From Treponema sp. (GTDB lineage: Bacteria; Spirochaetota; Spirochaetia; Treponematales; Treponemataceae): 55,310 bases of DNA. This document shows, in pieces, positions 36,201-45,883 of this stretch. Within the stretch, counting starts at the first letter, position 1, and each line of letters starts with the position of its first letter. The translations under genes and the position numbers were made by a program. Below the pieces are notes generated by a model. It had not been told where the DNA came from, ran no database searches, and saw only the letters and a program-made list of their open reading frames with translations. The DNA lies in contig JAILBH010000173.1 in NCBI GenBank assembly GCA_024681195.1, forward strand, positions 1 to 55,310. The letters run 5' to 3'.

Positions 36201-38889
36201 GAATCAGACTTTCTATCTTGGACAAAATGACGGAACAAAAACTCAAAATACGCCAGCTTCCTCTTCTATTCCAGAACTTGAAGCAGACTGCAATTTTACG
36301 GTTAACAACTTTAAAGGCAAGGAAGATAAAAAGATCAGCGGATACAAAATCCCTCTTTCTTATGATTTTACAAAAGCGTCTAAAAACCAGAACTTATGGG
36401 CTTCGGCAGATATTACTCTTTCAAAAGCAGACAGCTTATACAAAGCAAGTGAATTTGAATTTGCATTCCTGCCTGATGCTTCTCTTAAAAATCAGAATTT
36501 AGATGTATATCTAATTCTTGGAATTGGGCCAACGGAAACAAAAGAAGAGCTTCCTTTATGGAAAATTACCTCTCTCAAAGATCAAAATGTAATCTATCCG
36601 TTAGATTTAAATAACAATACCTGGCAAACAGTAAAAATTAAAATTACTCATCAGCAAAGAGCCAGATTAAAAAACAATCACAATGCAAGAATTATCATTG
36701 TTAAACAAAGTTATGATTCAAGCACCGATAAGGCAAAAGGTACCTTGTTTGCAGGGCCTTACAAACTTATCAATTCATTAATGGAAATTGACAGCGGAAA
36801 AAGTCTTACTGCACACTCAGAAATAATTAAAGATGCAACAGATATCAGCTGGTTTATAAATTCAGCAATCAGTCAGGAAAAAGACAAAACTCTTACAGCC
36901 ACCTCTTATTTTACTCAATCAGATTTTACAGATTACAAAACAGTTAATCTTGAATTTGCAATTACAAAACCAGCTTCTTTTGAATTTGAACTTCTTTCTG
37001 CCGACGGGCTGGAGGCTTTGGATTTAAAGCTTTCCCCTTCCCTTGTAGAAAGTCTTGCTTCCCAACAGGTTAGCTATCATACACTGAGTATAAATCTGCA
37101 GGACAAAAAGCTATTTATTGACGACGCTATTGCCAATCCTGAACAATACGAATTAAACATAAACCATGGCGTTGTTCCTTCGGTACAAAAGCTTACTTTA
37201 ATTCCACAAAGCGAAGAAAATACTATTGAACATCTTTATATTTCAAAGCTTTTTTATAAAGATGTTTCTGACCGCTTTATAACCAAAAACCTTTCTACAG
37301 CTCAGATTAATTTTAATTCAGGATATATAAATGCACAAAGTGAACAGGGATTAAGCTTCAAAAAAGGAAAATCAAATCCAGAAAGTCTTTATATAAACTC
37401 TACGATAAAAGCTTCTTATACTCTTGCCGGCATTAATGCAGCAGCAGATGCTGCAACCAATACGAATAACGGACTTTCTAACGCAGGCCACCAGCTTGTT
37501 ACACAAAGTTCTTTATTCAGGCTGTTTGATTTTGGAGAGCTTTACCGCTTTTCAAAAGAAGCTTCTTCTTCCGAAAAAAAGAATTATATTAAGCTTAATA
37601 CAAAAGCTTTTTATTCACCATTTTTTGTAAGCACTTCGGCAACAGCTGCCGCAAAGAAGACAGAATCAACAAAAAGTCAGGAGTATCTGACAGAACTTTG
37701 TTTTAATCTGGATTTAGCCAAAACTAACACAAGTCTTTTATTTAAGCTTAACCTGGATCAAAAGCAGACAGTTTTAAAAACTAAATTCTACAATTATTTT
37801 TCTACCTGGTATGATACATCAAAATTCCAGTTTGACGGTGGAAGCAAAAATGCATTAAGAAACGTATATTTTATGACAAATCTTAATTCATCTATTCTGC
37901 AAGCTCTTATTGCTCCACAAATAACATTTTCAATAACAGGAAACTTAAAGACTTATAACAGCAATGATTATTCTACAGCAGACCTGCTTTCTTTTGTGCT
38001 TCCGTTTACTGGCAAAAATAACGCGGTGTCATTTGAAGCAATTCACAAAGCATCTCTTTTGCAAAAAACTAATGCTTCAAATTATGCCAAAGACCTTGCA
38101 TATATTTTCAAAACCCAAAATGATTTTGATTTCTTCTTCAAATTATATCCACTCTTACAAGGCATTCCACAAATAAACGCACAAACTTCCTCACTGACAG
38201 CATCAAATGAATATAACCTTATCTGGAAACGTAAGCTTTTTAATAATATAACTGACTTTTATATTCCGCTTTCTGCACAGGCTGGCTTCATAAAAGATAT
38301 AAACAAAACTCATCAGACAGCAAGCCAAAGTTATGTAATCAAAACAGGAATTACAAACAGCTTTATTAATCTATTTGGGGATTCGGGTGATTATACAATC
38401 TTTGAATGGTATAAGCAGGAAGAATTTACAAATACCCTGAATATGACATTACGTTTTAATTCTGGAAAAAAGAAACCGGACTATCAGATTTCAGACAACT
38501 CGCAGATAACTTTATTCCTAAAAGATTCCGATAACCTGAGCATTAATTCTTCGTTCAGCTTAGACAACAGAAATTCCTTAAAACTTAAAACCGGTGCATT
38601 GTGGACTCATGGTGTGAACAAAAGCCTTCTTCTTTCACTTACAAAACTTGTATGGCCGGGAGCTTCAAAGACAACAATCGTAAACACAATGAGTGAAAGT
38701 TTGAGTCTTTCTTTATCTAAAGATAAAAAAACATTTTCTCAAGCCTATGAATTTTCTCATAACTGTGAATTGCGTTTCTTAAAAAATTGTACAATTAATT
38801 CTGGAGCCGGAATAATTTTTGCAGACGAAAAAAACAAGACCTTTAAGCTTTCTCTTGAATATATGCTCGGCGCAAAAATTGTATTCTAA
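33283..38889 (+). CDS. dinB: DNA polymerase IV fused to a large putative outer-membrane protein
   Basis: aa 1-390 carry HVDLDAFFASVEQ, STASYEAR, SIDEAF, AKIASD..KPDG, VWGIG and the QQSLF clamp motif. A hydrophobic segment follows, then ~1450 aa of beta-rich sequence ending GAKIVF. Confidence 0.85.
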   Translation: MIEIKHYYLHVDLDAFFASVEQLDNPEYRGKPVIVGGMPGEKRSVVSTASYEARKYGVHSAMPVSRAYQLCPNGIYVHGRMKRYSELSYQIMNIFKEFSPDIQQISIDEAFIDLTGTEKLFGPPQETAMKIKQLVKDNTGLTVSVGLAPTKYLAKIASDMNKPDGFYKIEAGQEENFMLNLPLKKVWGIGDKTYEALKNAGLRTTRDIHEKSLEVLTFMFGNNTGSFLYNVVRGIEAVDFDKKAKSHSISNETTFPYDVTDTYAAETTILELCHSVMFRLLREKGFSRTVMIKIRYEDFTTVSIQKTYQNYIMTLDSLYSCARELFQTKYEKGRGIRLIGVALENIDTEEKPVQQSLFDDGSEKKQKVESAILTLEKKHPEIKIHKARMLQKLNEVVKTIAVFILGSLFFNLSAFKLYAQKATISDEESTYEISGYVKEDIKGYINTTFGYGNPFGFSADLPVFKQEIDLSALIHITPQLYFAMEFLDEFKHNSFTLGYNGKGYLKEFKFSNRSITFPSTYSSNLLGYGIEGGDNQAPGLMFHFEDIKNNKFEADILLRYDMVKTKTATFYGNNSVNQTTKNLDTFVHSYMFYIPSEQIANICAVYIQSDDGKSISLDGMKFTKLSAAEYSIIIQDKLLILSKDVKQYCPDNSSPYILVSFSTADGVSQVLQETGSYDDPQTFAGSIQQYFSESVANLQLKDYSSLTEQGMITAIDGKPALIIQSPLSFSPYICANLYEINQLSNADYEFAIINKSNQKEAEGYIITFDVFDQSKSHAVISKTDSNAVLPSSPKYRYPFADLYPYVYLSNSSDIPLVFVEKTISPVKNYDIGKFVQKGSVRVYRNGILENNAIYDSGTGFVTLNPPASELDKIYITYREESNELSSGAFSTGLGFTWKFTPALVLDISYTGLYPFLQKNEYATSEKQKQSFTALTTGLNYKTKLFSLSDALSLAYENPNLSNVLIVNKPEKSKNQTFYLGQNDGTKTQNTPASSSIPELEADCNFTVNNFKGKEDKKISGYKIPLSYDFTKASKNQNLWASADITLSKADSLYKASEFEFAFLPDASLKNQNLDVYLILGIGPTETKEELPLWKITSLKDQNVIYPLDLNNNTWQTVKIKITHQQRARLKNNHNARIIIVKQSYDSSTDKAKGTLFAGPYKLINSLMEIDSGKSLTAHSEIIKDATDISWFINSAISQEKDKTLTATSYFTQSDFTDYKTVNLEFAITKPASFEFELLSADGLEALDLKLSPSLVESLASQQVSYHTLSINLQDKKLFIDDAIANPEQYELNINHGVVPSVQKLTLIPQSEENTIEHLYISKLFYKDVSDRFITKNLSTAQINFNSGYINAQSEQGLSFKKGKSNPESLYINSTIKASYTLAGINAAADAATNTNNGLSNAGHQLVTQSSLFRLFDFGELYRFSKEASSSEKKNYIKLNTKAFYSPFFVSTSATAAAKKTESTKSQEYLTELCFNLDLAKTNTSLLFKLNLDQKQTVLKTKFYNYFSTWYDTSKFQFDGGSKNALRNVYFMTNLNSSILQALIAPQITFSITGNLKTYNSNDYSTADLLSFVLPFTGKNNAVSFEAIHKASLLQKTNASNYAKDLAYIFKTQNDFDFFFKLYPLLQGIPQINAQTSSLTASNEYNLIWKRKLFNNITDFYIPLSAQAGFIKDINKTHQTASQSYVIKTGITNSFINLFGDSGDYTIFEWYKQEEFTNTLNMTLRFNSGKKKPDYQISDNSQITLFLKDSDNLSINSSFSLDNRNSLKLKTGALWTHGVNKSLLLSLTKLVWPGASKTTIVNTMSESLSLSLSKDKKTFSQAYEFSHNCELRFLKNCTINSGAGIIFADEKNKTFKLSLEYMLGAKIVF

Positions 38890-38895
38890 AAACGA

Positions 38896-40962
38896 CTATT
38901 CCAGAGGAGCAAAATATCCGCTTTCATCACGACCGCTTCGGTTCATAAGATAAACTTCTGCTTCTACCGGCAGATACTTTTCTCCAAAATTTGTCTGCAG
39001 AGCCGAAACATATCTTAACTGATAAGTTCCCTGTGGCAATGCAATAATATCATTAACAATTGAACCAAGACCTTCCGGACGGAAAACATAATAACTTTCG
39101 CCTGAAGAATTATTGATTATATAATCATATTCTGCATCAGGAGCTTTTTGTGAAACCTGAATCAGTGAAAAATCAATTGCGTTATTTGCAAGATATGCAG
39201 TAAGTTCAGACAGCGTATACTTTTCAAAAGAAGCAGAGCTTACTGTGCCATCCGAAATCATAATGATTGCACGTTTTTTTGCTGCATTAATCAAATCATT
39301 AGCGGCTAAACGAATTGCAAGATCAACAGGAACTTCAGAAGCATAAGCTGTCTTAAGAGAGCCGATTGTAAAGTTTGAAACACCATCCGAAGAACCAGTA
39401 TATTCTGTAACCGGCATTCCACCTGCACAGATTATTCTTAAGGTTCCGCGCCCATTCATAGAAGCTGCAATTTCTTTAACGGCAGTTTCAACTTCTGCGG
39501 AATAACCTTTCATAATAGTTGAACGGTCAATTATTAAAGTAATATCTGCATAAGTATTATTTGCGGCACTTCCCATAAATTGAAGATTTGAAACAGCACG
39601 TTTGTTTTCTGTAAAATAAAAGTTTTCAAGTTCAAGACCCGCAACCGGCTGACGATGGCGGTTCTCAACTTTAAGTTCTACATAAACTTCCGGGAATTTA
39701 GAAGCGTCAACCTGTTCTATCTGAACAAAAAGACCTCCAACCAGTTCCTGAACCTTTGACATAATGTAAATTTCATCAGCAGTCATATCTGCAACAATTA
39801 CATTATTATTAATATCTGGAACAGCTGTGGTAACACGACTTGGTGCGTTTCCTGTGCTTGCATATTCAAACACAGAGCCCGTAGAAATATCAACAGATAC
39901 AATTTTATTCTTATCACATACAATCAGTTCACCCTGCCACAGCTTAAGAGATTCAGGCTTTTTAAAAGTCTTTTGTTCTACAAGCTCGCGGATAAAGTTT
40001 CCTGATCTGTCAAATTCATAAATGCAACCAGAGTTTTCGTCAGCAACAAAAACACTGTCTCCTACTACGGCAATTCCTGTAGGAGCCTTAAGGCCTTTAA
40101 AGCCTCCGGATTTTCCGCCAAAATAAAACAAACCGTTTCCTTCGGCATCAAAAACATCTACACGTCTATTACCAAAATCGGTAACATAAATTCTTCCAAA
40201 ACTATCCTGGGCAATATACTGTGGTCCTACAAGATTTCCAACACCTCTTCCCTTTGAACCAATATACTTTATAAACTTACCGTTTTCATTAAGCAGTGCA
40301 AGTCTGTCACCGGCACTTTCGCTCACAAGCAGTTTTCCATCAAGAAGCCTGATAATATCCATTGGTCTGTCAAAACCGATCAAAGGTCCTGTCACTCTGT
40401 CTAAAACTTTTCCATTCTGAGAAATTCGTAATATTTCGTTTGAAGTATAAGCGGTAACCCAAAAGCTTCCGTCATAATTTGGAAGGACAGATACAGGCCC
40501 CGAAAAAATCATATTTCCGTTTACAGTTCCTTCAAAGCTGCCGGATTCAGAAAGTCTCATCAGCTTATCAACAGAATCTCCCGTAACACGGCGTTCCTTT
40601 ACTACTTCAATTTTATTTTCAAGTAAGAGACCGCCATATCCGTTATCAAGGGCAGTCTGCCAGTATGAAAGAGCAGTACCTTCCATACCGGCTTTATAAT
40701 AAGCTTTTCCGAGCCATTCCAGTATAAGATTATCATCAGGCATATAAGCCAGAGCTTTTTCAAACTGAACTATGGAATCGTTATAGGCACCCTTATAAAA
40801 AGCCTGAACACCTCTGCGGAATTCCTCTGCAGCAAAGCCTTCTTCACCAGTTCGTATTCTGTCTTCAGAAACATAAAGTCCCGCATTAGCAGTTGTCTGC
40901 TGCGCATAAAGACAAAAAGCTAAAAGAATCAATGTAAAAAAGCTTATTATTTGTTTTTTCAT
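38896..40962 (-). CDS. Exported TPR + NHL-repeat propeller + vWA-like protein
   Basis: Signal peptide, TPR (GVQAFYKG...LGKAYY), NHL repeats (PQYIAQD.FGRIYVTD), IIDRS...ISDG MIDAS-like motif. Confidence 0.8.
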   Translation of the reverse strand: MKKQIISFFTLILLAFCLYAQQTTANAGLYVSEDRIRTGEEGFAAEEFRRGVQAFYKGAYNDSIVQFEKALAYMPDDNLILEWLGKAYYKAGMEGTALSYWQTALDNGYGGLLLENKIEVVKERRVTGDSVDKLMRLSESGSFEGTVNGNMIFSGPVSVLPNYDGSFWVTAYTSNEILRISQNGKVLDRVTGPLIGFDRPMDIIRLLDGKLLVSESAGDRLALLNENGKFIKYIGSKGRGVGNLVGPQYIAQDSFGRIYVTDFGNRRVDVFDAEGNGLFYFGGKSGGFKGLKAPTGIAVVGDSVFVADENSGCIYEFDRSGNFIRELVEQKTFKKPESLKLWQGELIVCDKNKIVSVDISTGSVFEYASTGNAPSRVTTAVPDINNNVIVADMTADEIYIMSKVQELVGGLFVQIEQVDASKFPEVYVELKVENRHRQPVAGLELENFYFTENKRAVSNLQFMGSAANNTYADITLIIDRSTIMKGYSAEVETAVKEIAASMNGRGTLRIICAGGMPVTEYTGSSDGVSNFTIGSLKTAYASEVPVDLAIRLAANDLINAAKKRAIIMISDGTVSSASFEKYTLSELTAYLANNAIDFSLIQVSQKAPDAEYDYIINNSSGESYYVFRPEGLGSIVNDIIALPQGTYQLRYVSALQTNFGEKYLPVEAEVYLMNRSGRDESGYFAPLE

Positions 40963-41639
40963 CAGCGCCCTGCCTTATTCAGTATTCTGATATGTTCTGT
41001 AATTATCTCATTCTCGCGATCCAGCATTTCGGCTTGTTCAAGATATTTTCTGGAATCATCGTATAAACCAAGCTTATAGTATACCCATCCAAGAGAATCC
41101 AGACAGGCTGCAGAATCTGGTGCGGAATTAACAGCCTGCTTACAAAGCGAAAGTGCTCGTGTTAAATCTTTATCTTCACAGGCAAGGACATAACCAAGTC
41201 CATTAAGCGAGGTAAGATTTGAAGGGTTTTCTTCCAGAGATTTTTCATAAAAAGAAAGACATTTTTCTGTATCATGCTGTTCCCATGCAACATAAGCAAT
41301 TGCAGCATATACGGACGGCATCATATAACCGGTTTCGAGCAATTTATTCAATTCAAAATCTGCAAGACGTCGTCTTCCCGAAAGAGCATATATAACTGCC
41401 AGAAGAAAGCGGCATTGTAAAGTTCGTTCAATATGTGTTCCCGAAGTAACTACCTGTTCAAGATAAAGCAAAGCATCGTCGTAGCGTTCTATCTTTGCAT
41501 AACACAGTCCAAGGTAATAGGCAATTTCATTTTTATCTGCCCCGCAATCTGTCGGCAATGACAAGAAAAAAGACAAAGCCCCTGTATATGCTTTTTGATT
41601 ATAAAGAGATATTCCCTGTGATAAGATATTATCTGCCAT
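40962..41639 (-). CDS. TPR protein
   Basis: YYLGLCY, LNGLGY, DSLGWVYYKLG. Confidence 0.88.
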   Translation of the reverse strand: MADNILSQGISLYNQKAYTGALSFFLSLPTDCGADKNEIAYYLGLCYAKIERYDDALLYLEQVVTSGTHIERTLQCRFLLAVIYALSGRRRLADFELNKLLETGYMMPSVYAAIAYVAWEQHDTEKCLSFYEKSLEENPSNLTSLNGLGYVLACEDKDLTRALSLCKQAVNSAPDSAACLDSLGWVYYKLGLYDDSRKYLEQAEMLDRENEIITEHIRILNKAGR

Positions 41640-41658
41640 TTTCCACCCGCCTTATATT

Positions 41659-42423
41659 TTACAACGAAAAATCCATATCGTCTACTGATTCTAAACCAAC
41701 AGGATCTGCACAAACAAGAGATACCGCGATATATCCCTCTTTTACGACTGTTAAATCAGTACCCGGTAAACATGGAGTATTTCCGTTCCCCATAACATAA
41801 TCAGCGTGATAACGGTCATCTTTATCATGCACCGCAGCAACGCTGTCTCCATAATTACGTATACATAAATCCTTACAGATTTTTGCTCCCTTATAAGAAT
41901 CTAAAGAAAGCGCATTAATATTTACAAAAGCCCGTGGCGGCTCTGTTTTTGCAAGAGTAAACAGTTTTTTAAGATTTTTTGCAACAAAATCTGCAACAGC
42001 ATCGTATTTAAGCTTTTCGTTCTTCCTGTTTTTAGGATTTATAAACTCTACGCTTACGGCTATTGATGGAATCCCGTTCAAAACACTCTGTCTTGCAGCG
42101 GCACAAGTTCCCGAATAAAGGATATCCGTACCCATATTGGCGCCGCAGTTTATTCCAGAAACAATTCCATCAATTTTTACACCCAGAAGCGAGCTTTGAA
42201 TACCTACCGTAACACAATCTACAGGATAACCGGAACAGGAATAAATATTATCAGCAACTCTAATAAGATTAAGCGGCTGCGTTAATGTAATGTGTTGAGA
42301 TACAGCCGAGCGGTTTGAATCAGGTGCTATAATATATACATTATTGTCCACAGCTAACCTTCGGGCAAGAATATTTATGCCTTCAGCAGTGAATCCATCG
42401 TCATTTGTAAGCAGCAGATTCAT
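41659..42423 (-). CDS. surE: 5'/3'-nucleotidase SurE
   Basis: LLTNDDG, SGINCGANMG..ILYSGT; canonical start MNLLLTNDDG at 42423. Confidence 0.95.
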   Translation of the reverse strand: MNLLLTNDDGFTAEGINILARRLAVDNNVYIIAPDSNRSAVSQHITLTQPLNLIRVADNIYSCSGYPVDCVTVGIQSSLLGVKIDGIVSGINCGANMGTDILYSGTCAAARQSVLNGIPSIAVSVEFINPKNRKNEKLKYDAVADFVAKNLKKLFTLAKTEPPRAFVNINALSLDSYKGAKICKDLCIRNYGDSVAAVHDKDDRYHADYVMGNGNTPCLPGTDLTVVKEGYIAVSLVCADPVGLESVDDMDFSL

Positions 42424-42425
42424 AT

Positions 42426-43607
42426 TTAATCCCTTACTACACAAGCACCTTCCGACGGCGTTACTTCGTAGCATTCTGTATGGTACTGGAAGATTTTTTC
42501 AAACTCAACGAGCTTAGCCTTGAATTTTTCTACATCACTTTCGCGGATAATTGCATAAAGACAGCGGCCAAAACCTTTTCCCGTAATTCGTCCACAGGAA
42601 ACCTGATTGGTTATCATCTCCAGATTAGGCTCCAGTTCTCCGACTCTTTTAAGGATCCAGTCAATTTCCGGACACGAAATCTCATACATATCACGCATAC
42701 TTTCATGACTATGGTTTACGGCACGTGCAAACTTAAAGAAATCAGTTTTTTCCAGGCCTTCACGGGCTTCTATCACGTCATTATGTTCACGCATAATACA
42801 CAAAAGCTTTCTTCGTATATCTTCACTTACAACAGAAAGCTCTTCATTTATGTCTGTTACATTACTGATATACTGCCAGCCGCCATAAACATTGTTTCTG
42901 CGTTCACGAAGGTCTCCCAAAAGCAATGCATTCTGCGGTTCAAACAAGGTTTCTTCATCCCAAACTGTAATACGCGGAACTTTTGCATCTATAAGGAATA
43001 TTTTTTTATCTTCAAAGTTGTAAGGAACATAATCCCAGGTAGTTTTATTATGATCTGTTATGATAAGAGTTCCCTGCTTGGCAAACAAAGCTGCGTAGTT
43101 ATCTGCAATATAGTTATTAATCTGAAGGAAGCGTCTGTTTGCTTTTTCAAGAATCATCAACAGCTGATTTTCATTGCATTCAAAACCAAATAATTCCTTT
43201 ACGGCAAGAGCCACAGCACATTTTATTGCAGTTGTAATTCCAAAGCCTGCAGAAGGAAGGATTTCGCTGTATATGGTTATATTCATACCACTAAGTTCAT
43301 AGCCGCTGGTATTAAATCCATATATAACAGCCTTTACAGCATTTGCCCATCTGTCTTCTTTTTTGAATTTTAAAAGTTGAACAGAGGCCTTTTTTCTTTC
43401 ATTAAGCTGATGAAAATAAAATTTAAGCGAAGTATCTTTTCTTTTAGAAATTGCTACATATACAGGCAGGTTTACTGCCATAGAAAGGGTTTTATCTTTA
43501 AAGAACCAGGAATGCTCGCCAATAAGATGAAATCTGCCGGGCGCTTTTACAACTATATCTGGCTTAGCTTCATACTCGTTATAATGAGCGTCGTTTAATG
43601 CTTTCAC
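42426..43607 (-). CDS. Galactokinase-like GHMP protein with degenerate motifs
   Basis: APGRFHLIGEH, SHESMRDMYEISCPEID, RITGKGFGRC; GTG start. Confidence 0.8.
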   Translation of the reverse strand: MKALNDAHYNEYEAKPDIVVKAPGRFHLIGEHSWFFKDKTLSMAVNLPVYVAISKRKDTSLKFYFHQLNERKKASVQLLKFKKEDRWANAVKAVIYGFNTSGYELSGMNITIYSEILPSAGFGITTAIKCAVALAVKELFGFECNENQLLMILEKANRRFLQINNYIADNYAALFAKQGTLIITDHNKTTWDYVPYNFEDKKIFLIDAKVPRITVWDEETLFEPQNALLLGDLRERRNNVYGGWQYISNVTDINEELSVVSEDIRRKLLCIMREHNDVIEAREGLEKTDFFKFARAVNHSHESMRDMYEISCPEIDWILKRVGELEPNLEMITNQVSCGRITGKGFGRCLYAIIRESDVEKFKAKLVEFEKIFQYHTECYEVTPSEGACVVRD

Positions 43608-43710
43608 TTTTTAATTCCCCCACACCTTTTTATTCTTTATTTGTTGCATTTTTTAAATAAGCACGTTATATTCAAAATGACTATAAAAAAACTTATACAA
43701 TTATAAAATA

Positions 43711-45546
43711 ATGACATTGATTTTACAAGTTTTTTATTCAGTTTTTTCCGGACTCCTGCTTACATTAGGCATTCCAAACGAGCTTTTTCTGCTCGGGAAC
43801 CCTTTTTATGCCTTTATATCCATAATACCATATTATTTTGCCATAAAAAATTCAAAAAATTATAAACAGGCCTTCTGGATGGGCTTTATTCAGACAATTA
43901 CCACCCATCTTTGTTCAAGCTTCTGGCTTGCTTACTTTAAGGATTTTGCAATCTTTACACTTGGAGCTTCTGCTCTTGGAACAGCCTGTATCGGCGGAAT
44001 AATGGCTCTATTCCTTTATGTGCCTTTTTCCCGAAAAGAACGCAGTGAATTAAGCTTAAGATCTATCATAAAGCCTTTTTATGAAGATTCTGCCTTCCGA
44101 ATCCTTTATTTTTCTGCACTTTACACCCTTTACGAATGGGTAAAATCTTCAGGATTTTTAGGATATCCGTGGGGAACAATCTCTTCTGCAATGTACAGAT
44201 GGCATTCTTTTACACAGTTAGCAGCAATAACAGGAACCTACGGTCTTACTTTTTTAACGGTAATGTTTGATTGTATTGTTGCACAGGCCGCACTTGATTT
44301 TTACCTTTGCTTAAAACTGCCCAAAAGACAACGCTTAGACTGCTTTTTTAATACAATTAATGCAGCAAAAGTCTTTATAATTCTGTTTGTAATAACACTT
44401 TTCTGGGGAAATTATGAATATACAAAACAAAGAATCCCCGATAAGGTGCTTACTACCGTAATGGTTCAGCAGAATTCAAATCCATGGGATGCAGGAGTTG
44501 AAGAAGAAACTATAGAAACTTCTCAAAAACTTACGCAGAAAAAGCTTGACGAACTTAGAAAACTGGACAAAAAACCTCAGCTCATTGTCTGGAGTGAAGG
44601 CTCGCTTCTTTCACATTTTCCTGAAGCCTATGATTATTACAGCTGGGTACCTTACAATGAACCATTTATTGACTTTGTAAACAGGAATAATACTCCGCTT
44701 TTAACCGGGGGAATCTATAATGAATTCATATATGATGAAAATGATCCGGATAAAGAACCAATAAAAAAGTATTATAATATAACCGCAATGTTTGATGGAG
44801 ATGCAAATTTCCGCGGATATTACGGTAAACTTCACCTTGTACCGTTTGCAGAATCAATTCCAGGCATTGATAATCCTGTTATAAGAAAGATCTTCAAAAA
44901 AGTTGTGGGAATTTCTGCAGGCTGGACACAGGGAAATCAGCTTACATATTTTGAAATTCCATGCTCATATTATGATAAAGAGACTACTCCAAGGGTAAAT
45001 AATATAAATATTTCTATCCCTTATGAAATTGCTCAAAGATATGAACAGCCACTTGTCAGAATAGCCACTCCTATATGCTTTGATGATTCTTTTACAGATG
45101 TAATAAGACCTCTTTTCTTAAACGGAGCCGAACTTTTTATAAATTTAACTGATGATTCATGGTCTTTAAAGAAATCAAGCGAATTCCAGCACTTCTTTAT
45201 TGCTTCTTACAGGGCAATTGAATACAGGACTACCTTAGTCCGCTCTGCAAATGCGGGTTATTCTGTTGTAATTTCTCCTAATGGAGATGTTCTGGCTGAT
45301 CAGCCTTTATTTGAAGAATCTTCTCTGGCCTATGATGTGCCTGTTTATAAGCGTGTAATTACACCATATGCACGTTTTGGAAACTGGCTGCCATATTCCT
45401 GTCTTGTAATCTTTGTAGTTGTCTGTATTATGATGGTTTGTACGTTTGTTACGGATGATTACATACGTTCTGAGCGTAAAAAACCGATTGTGCTCAAAAA
45501 AAGGAAAAAAGACAAAAAAATAAGAAATAAAAACCTAAAAAAATGA
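43711..45546 (+). CDS. lnt: Apolipoprotein N-acyltransferase
   Basis: GYPWG, VWSEG, KLHLVPFAE, ICFD, NLTDDSW, RAIE...RSANAG. Confidence 0.94.
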   Translation: MTLILQVFYSVFSGLLLTLGIPNELFLLGNPFYAFISIIPYYFAIKNSKNYKQAFWMGFIQTITTHLCSSFWLAYFKDFAIFTLGASALGTACIGGIMALFLYVPFSRKERSELSLRSIIKPFYEDSAFRILYFSALYTLYEWVKSSGFLGYPWGTISSAMYRWHSFTQLAAITGTYGLTFLTVMFDCIVAQAALDFYLCLKLPKRQRLDCFFNTINAAKVFIILFVITLFWGNYEYTKQRIPDKVLTTVMVQQNSNPWDAGVEEETIETSQKLTQKKLDELRKLDKKPQLIVWSEGSLLSHFPEAYDYYSWVPYNEPFIDFVNRNNTPLLTGGIYNEFIYDENDPDKEPIKKYYNITAMFDGDANFRGYYGKLHLVPFAESIPGIDNPVIRKIFKKVVGISAGWTQGNQLTYFEIPCSYYDKETTPRVNNINISIPYEIAQRYEQPLVRIATPICFDDSFTDVIRPLFLNGAELFINLTDDSWSLKKSSEFQHFFIASYRAIEYRTTLVRSANAGYSVVISPNGDVLADQPLFEESSLAYDVPVYKRVITPYARFGNWLPYSCLVIFVVVCIMMVCTFVTDDYIRSERKKPIVLKKRKKDKKIRNKNLKK

Positions 45547-45555
45547 AATCATGGG

Positions 45556-45693
45556 GAAAAATCGTTATGCTCCCGCTGTAACGCGTCTGTCAAACTGTCA
45601 GCTATGCTTGCTGGGAAAGGATTATTCTCGCTTCGCTCGGCAAGCATAGAAACAGTTTGCAGCCGCGTTTTCGCTCGCGCATAACGATTTTTC
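45556..45693 (-). repeat. Long intergenic hairpin element C
   Basis: 15-bp IR GAAAAATCGTTATGC/GCATAACGATTTTTC with nested stems; on the minus strand a GCGA/GGGA internal loop and GCGAAGC in the apical region. Confidence 0.85.
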
Positions 45694-45807
45694 AGATAAA
45701 TTTATTTAAAGTTGGTTTTTCTTTCTTTTTTTTGGCATAAGCATAGAATACCTGATTTGTCAAGGAAAAAAGTTTTAAAAAAAATGTCGAAATTTTGTAA
45801 AATTCAC

Positions 45808-45861
45808 TTGTTTTATCATATCTAGTGTTATATTATGTTAAAACAACACTATATATAAAAC
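45808..45861 (+). promoter_or_regulatory. nrdR-nrdD promoter with two NrdR boxes
   Basis: TTGTTT-N17-TATTAT (45808-36). Boxes TTATCATATCTAGTGT (45813-28) and ACACTATATATAAAAC (45846-61) resemble acaCwAtATaTwGtgt. Confidence 0.75.
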
Positions 45862-45883
45862 TAATTCAAAAAAGGATATTTTA

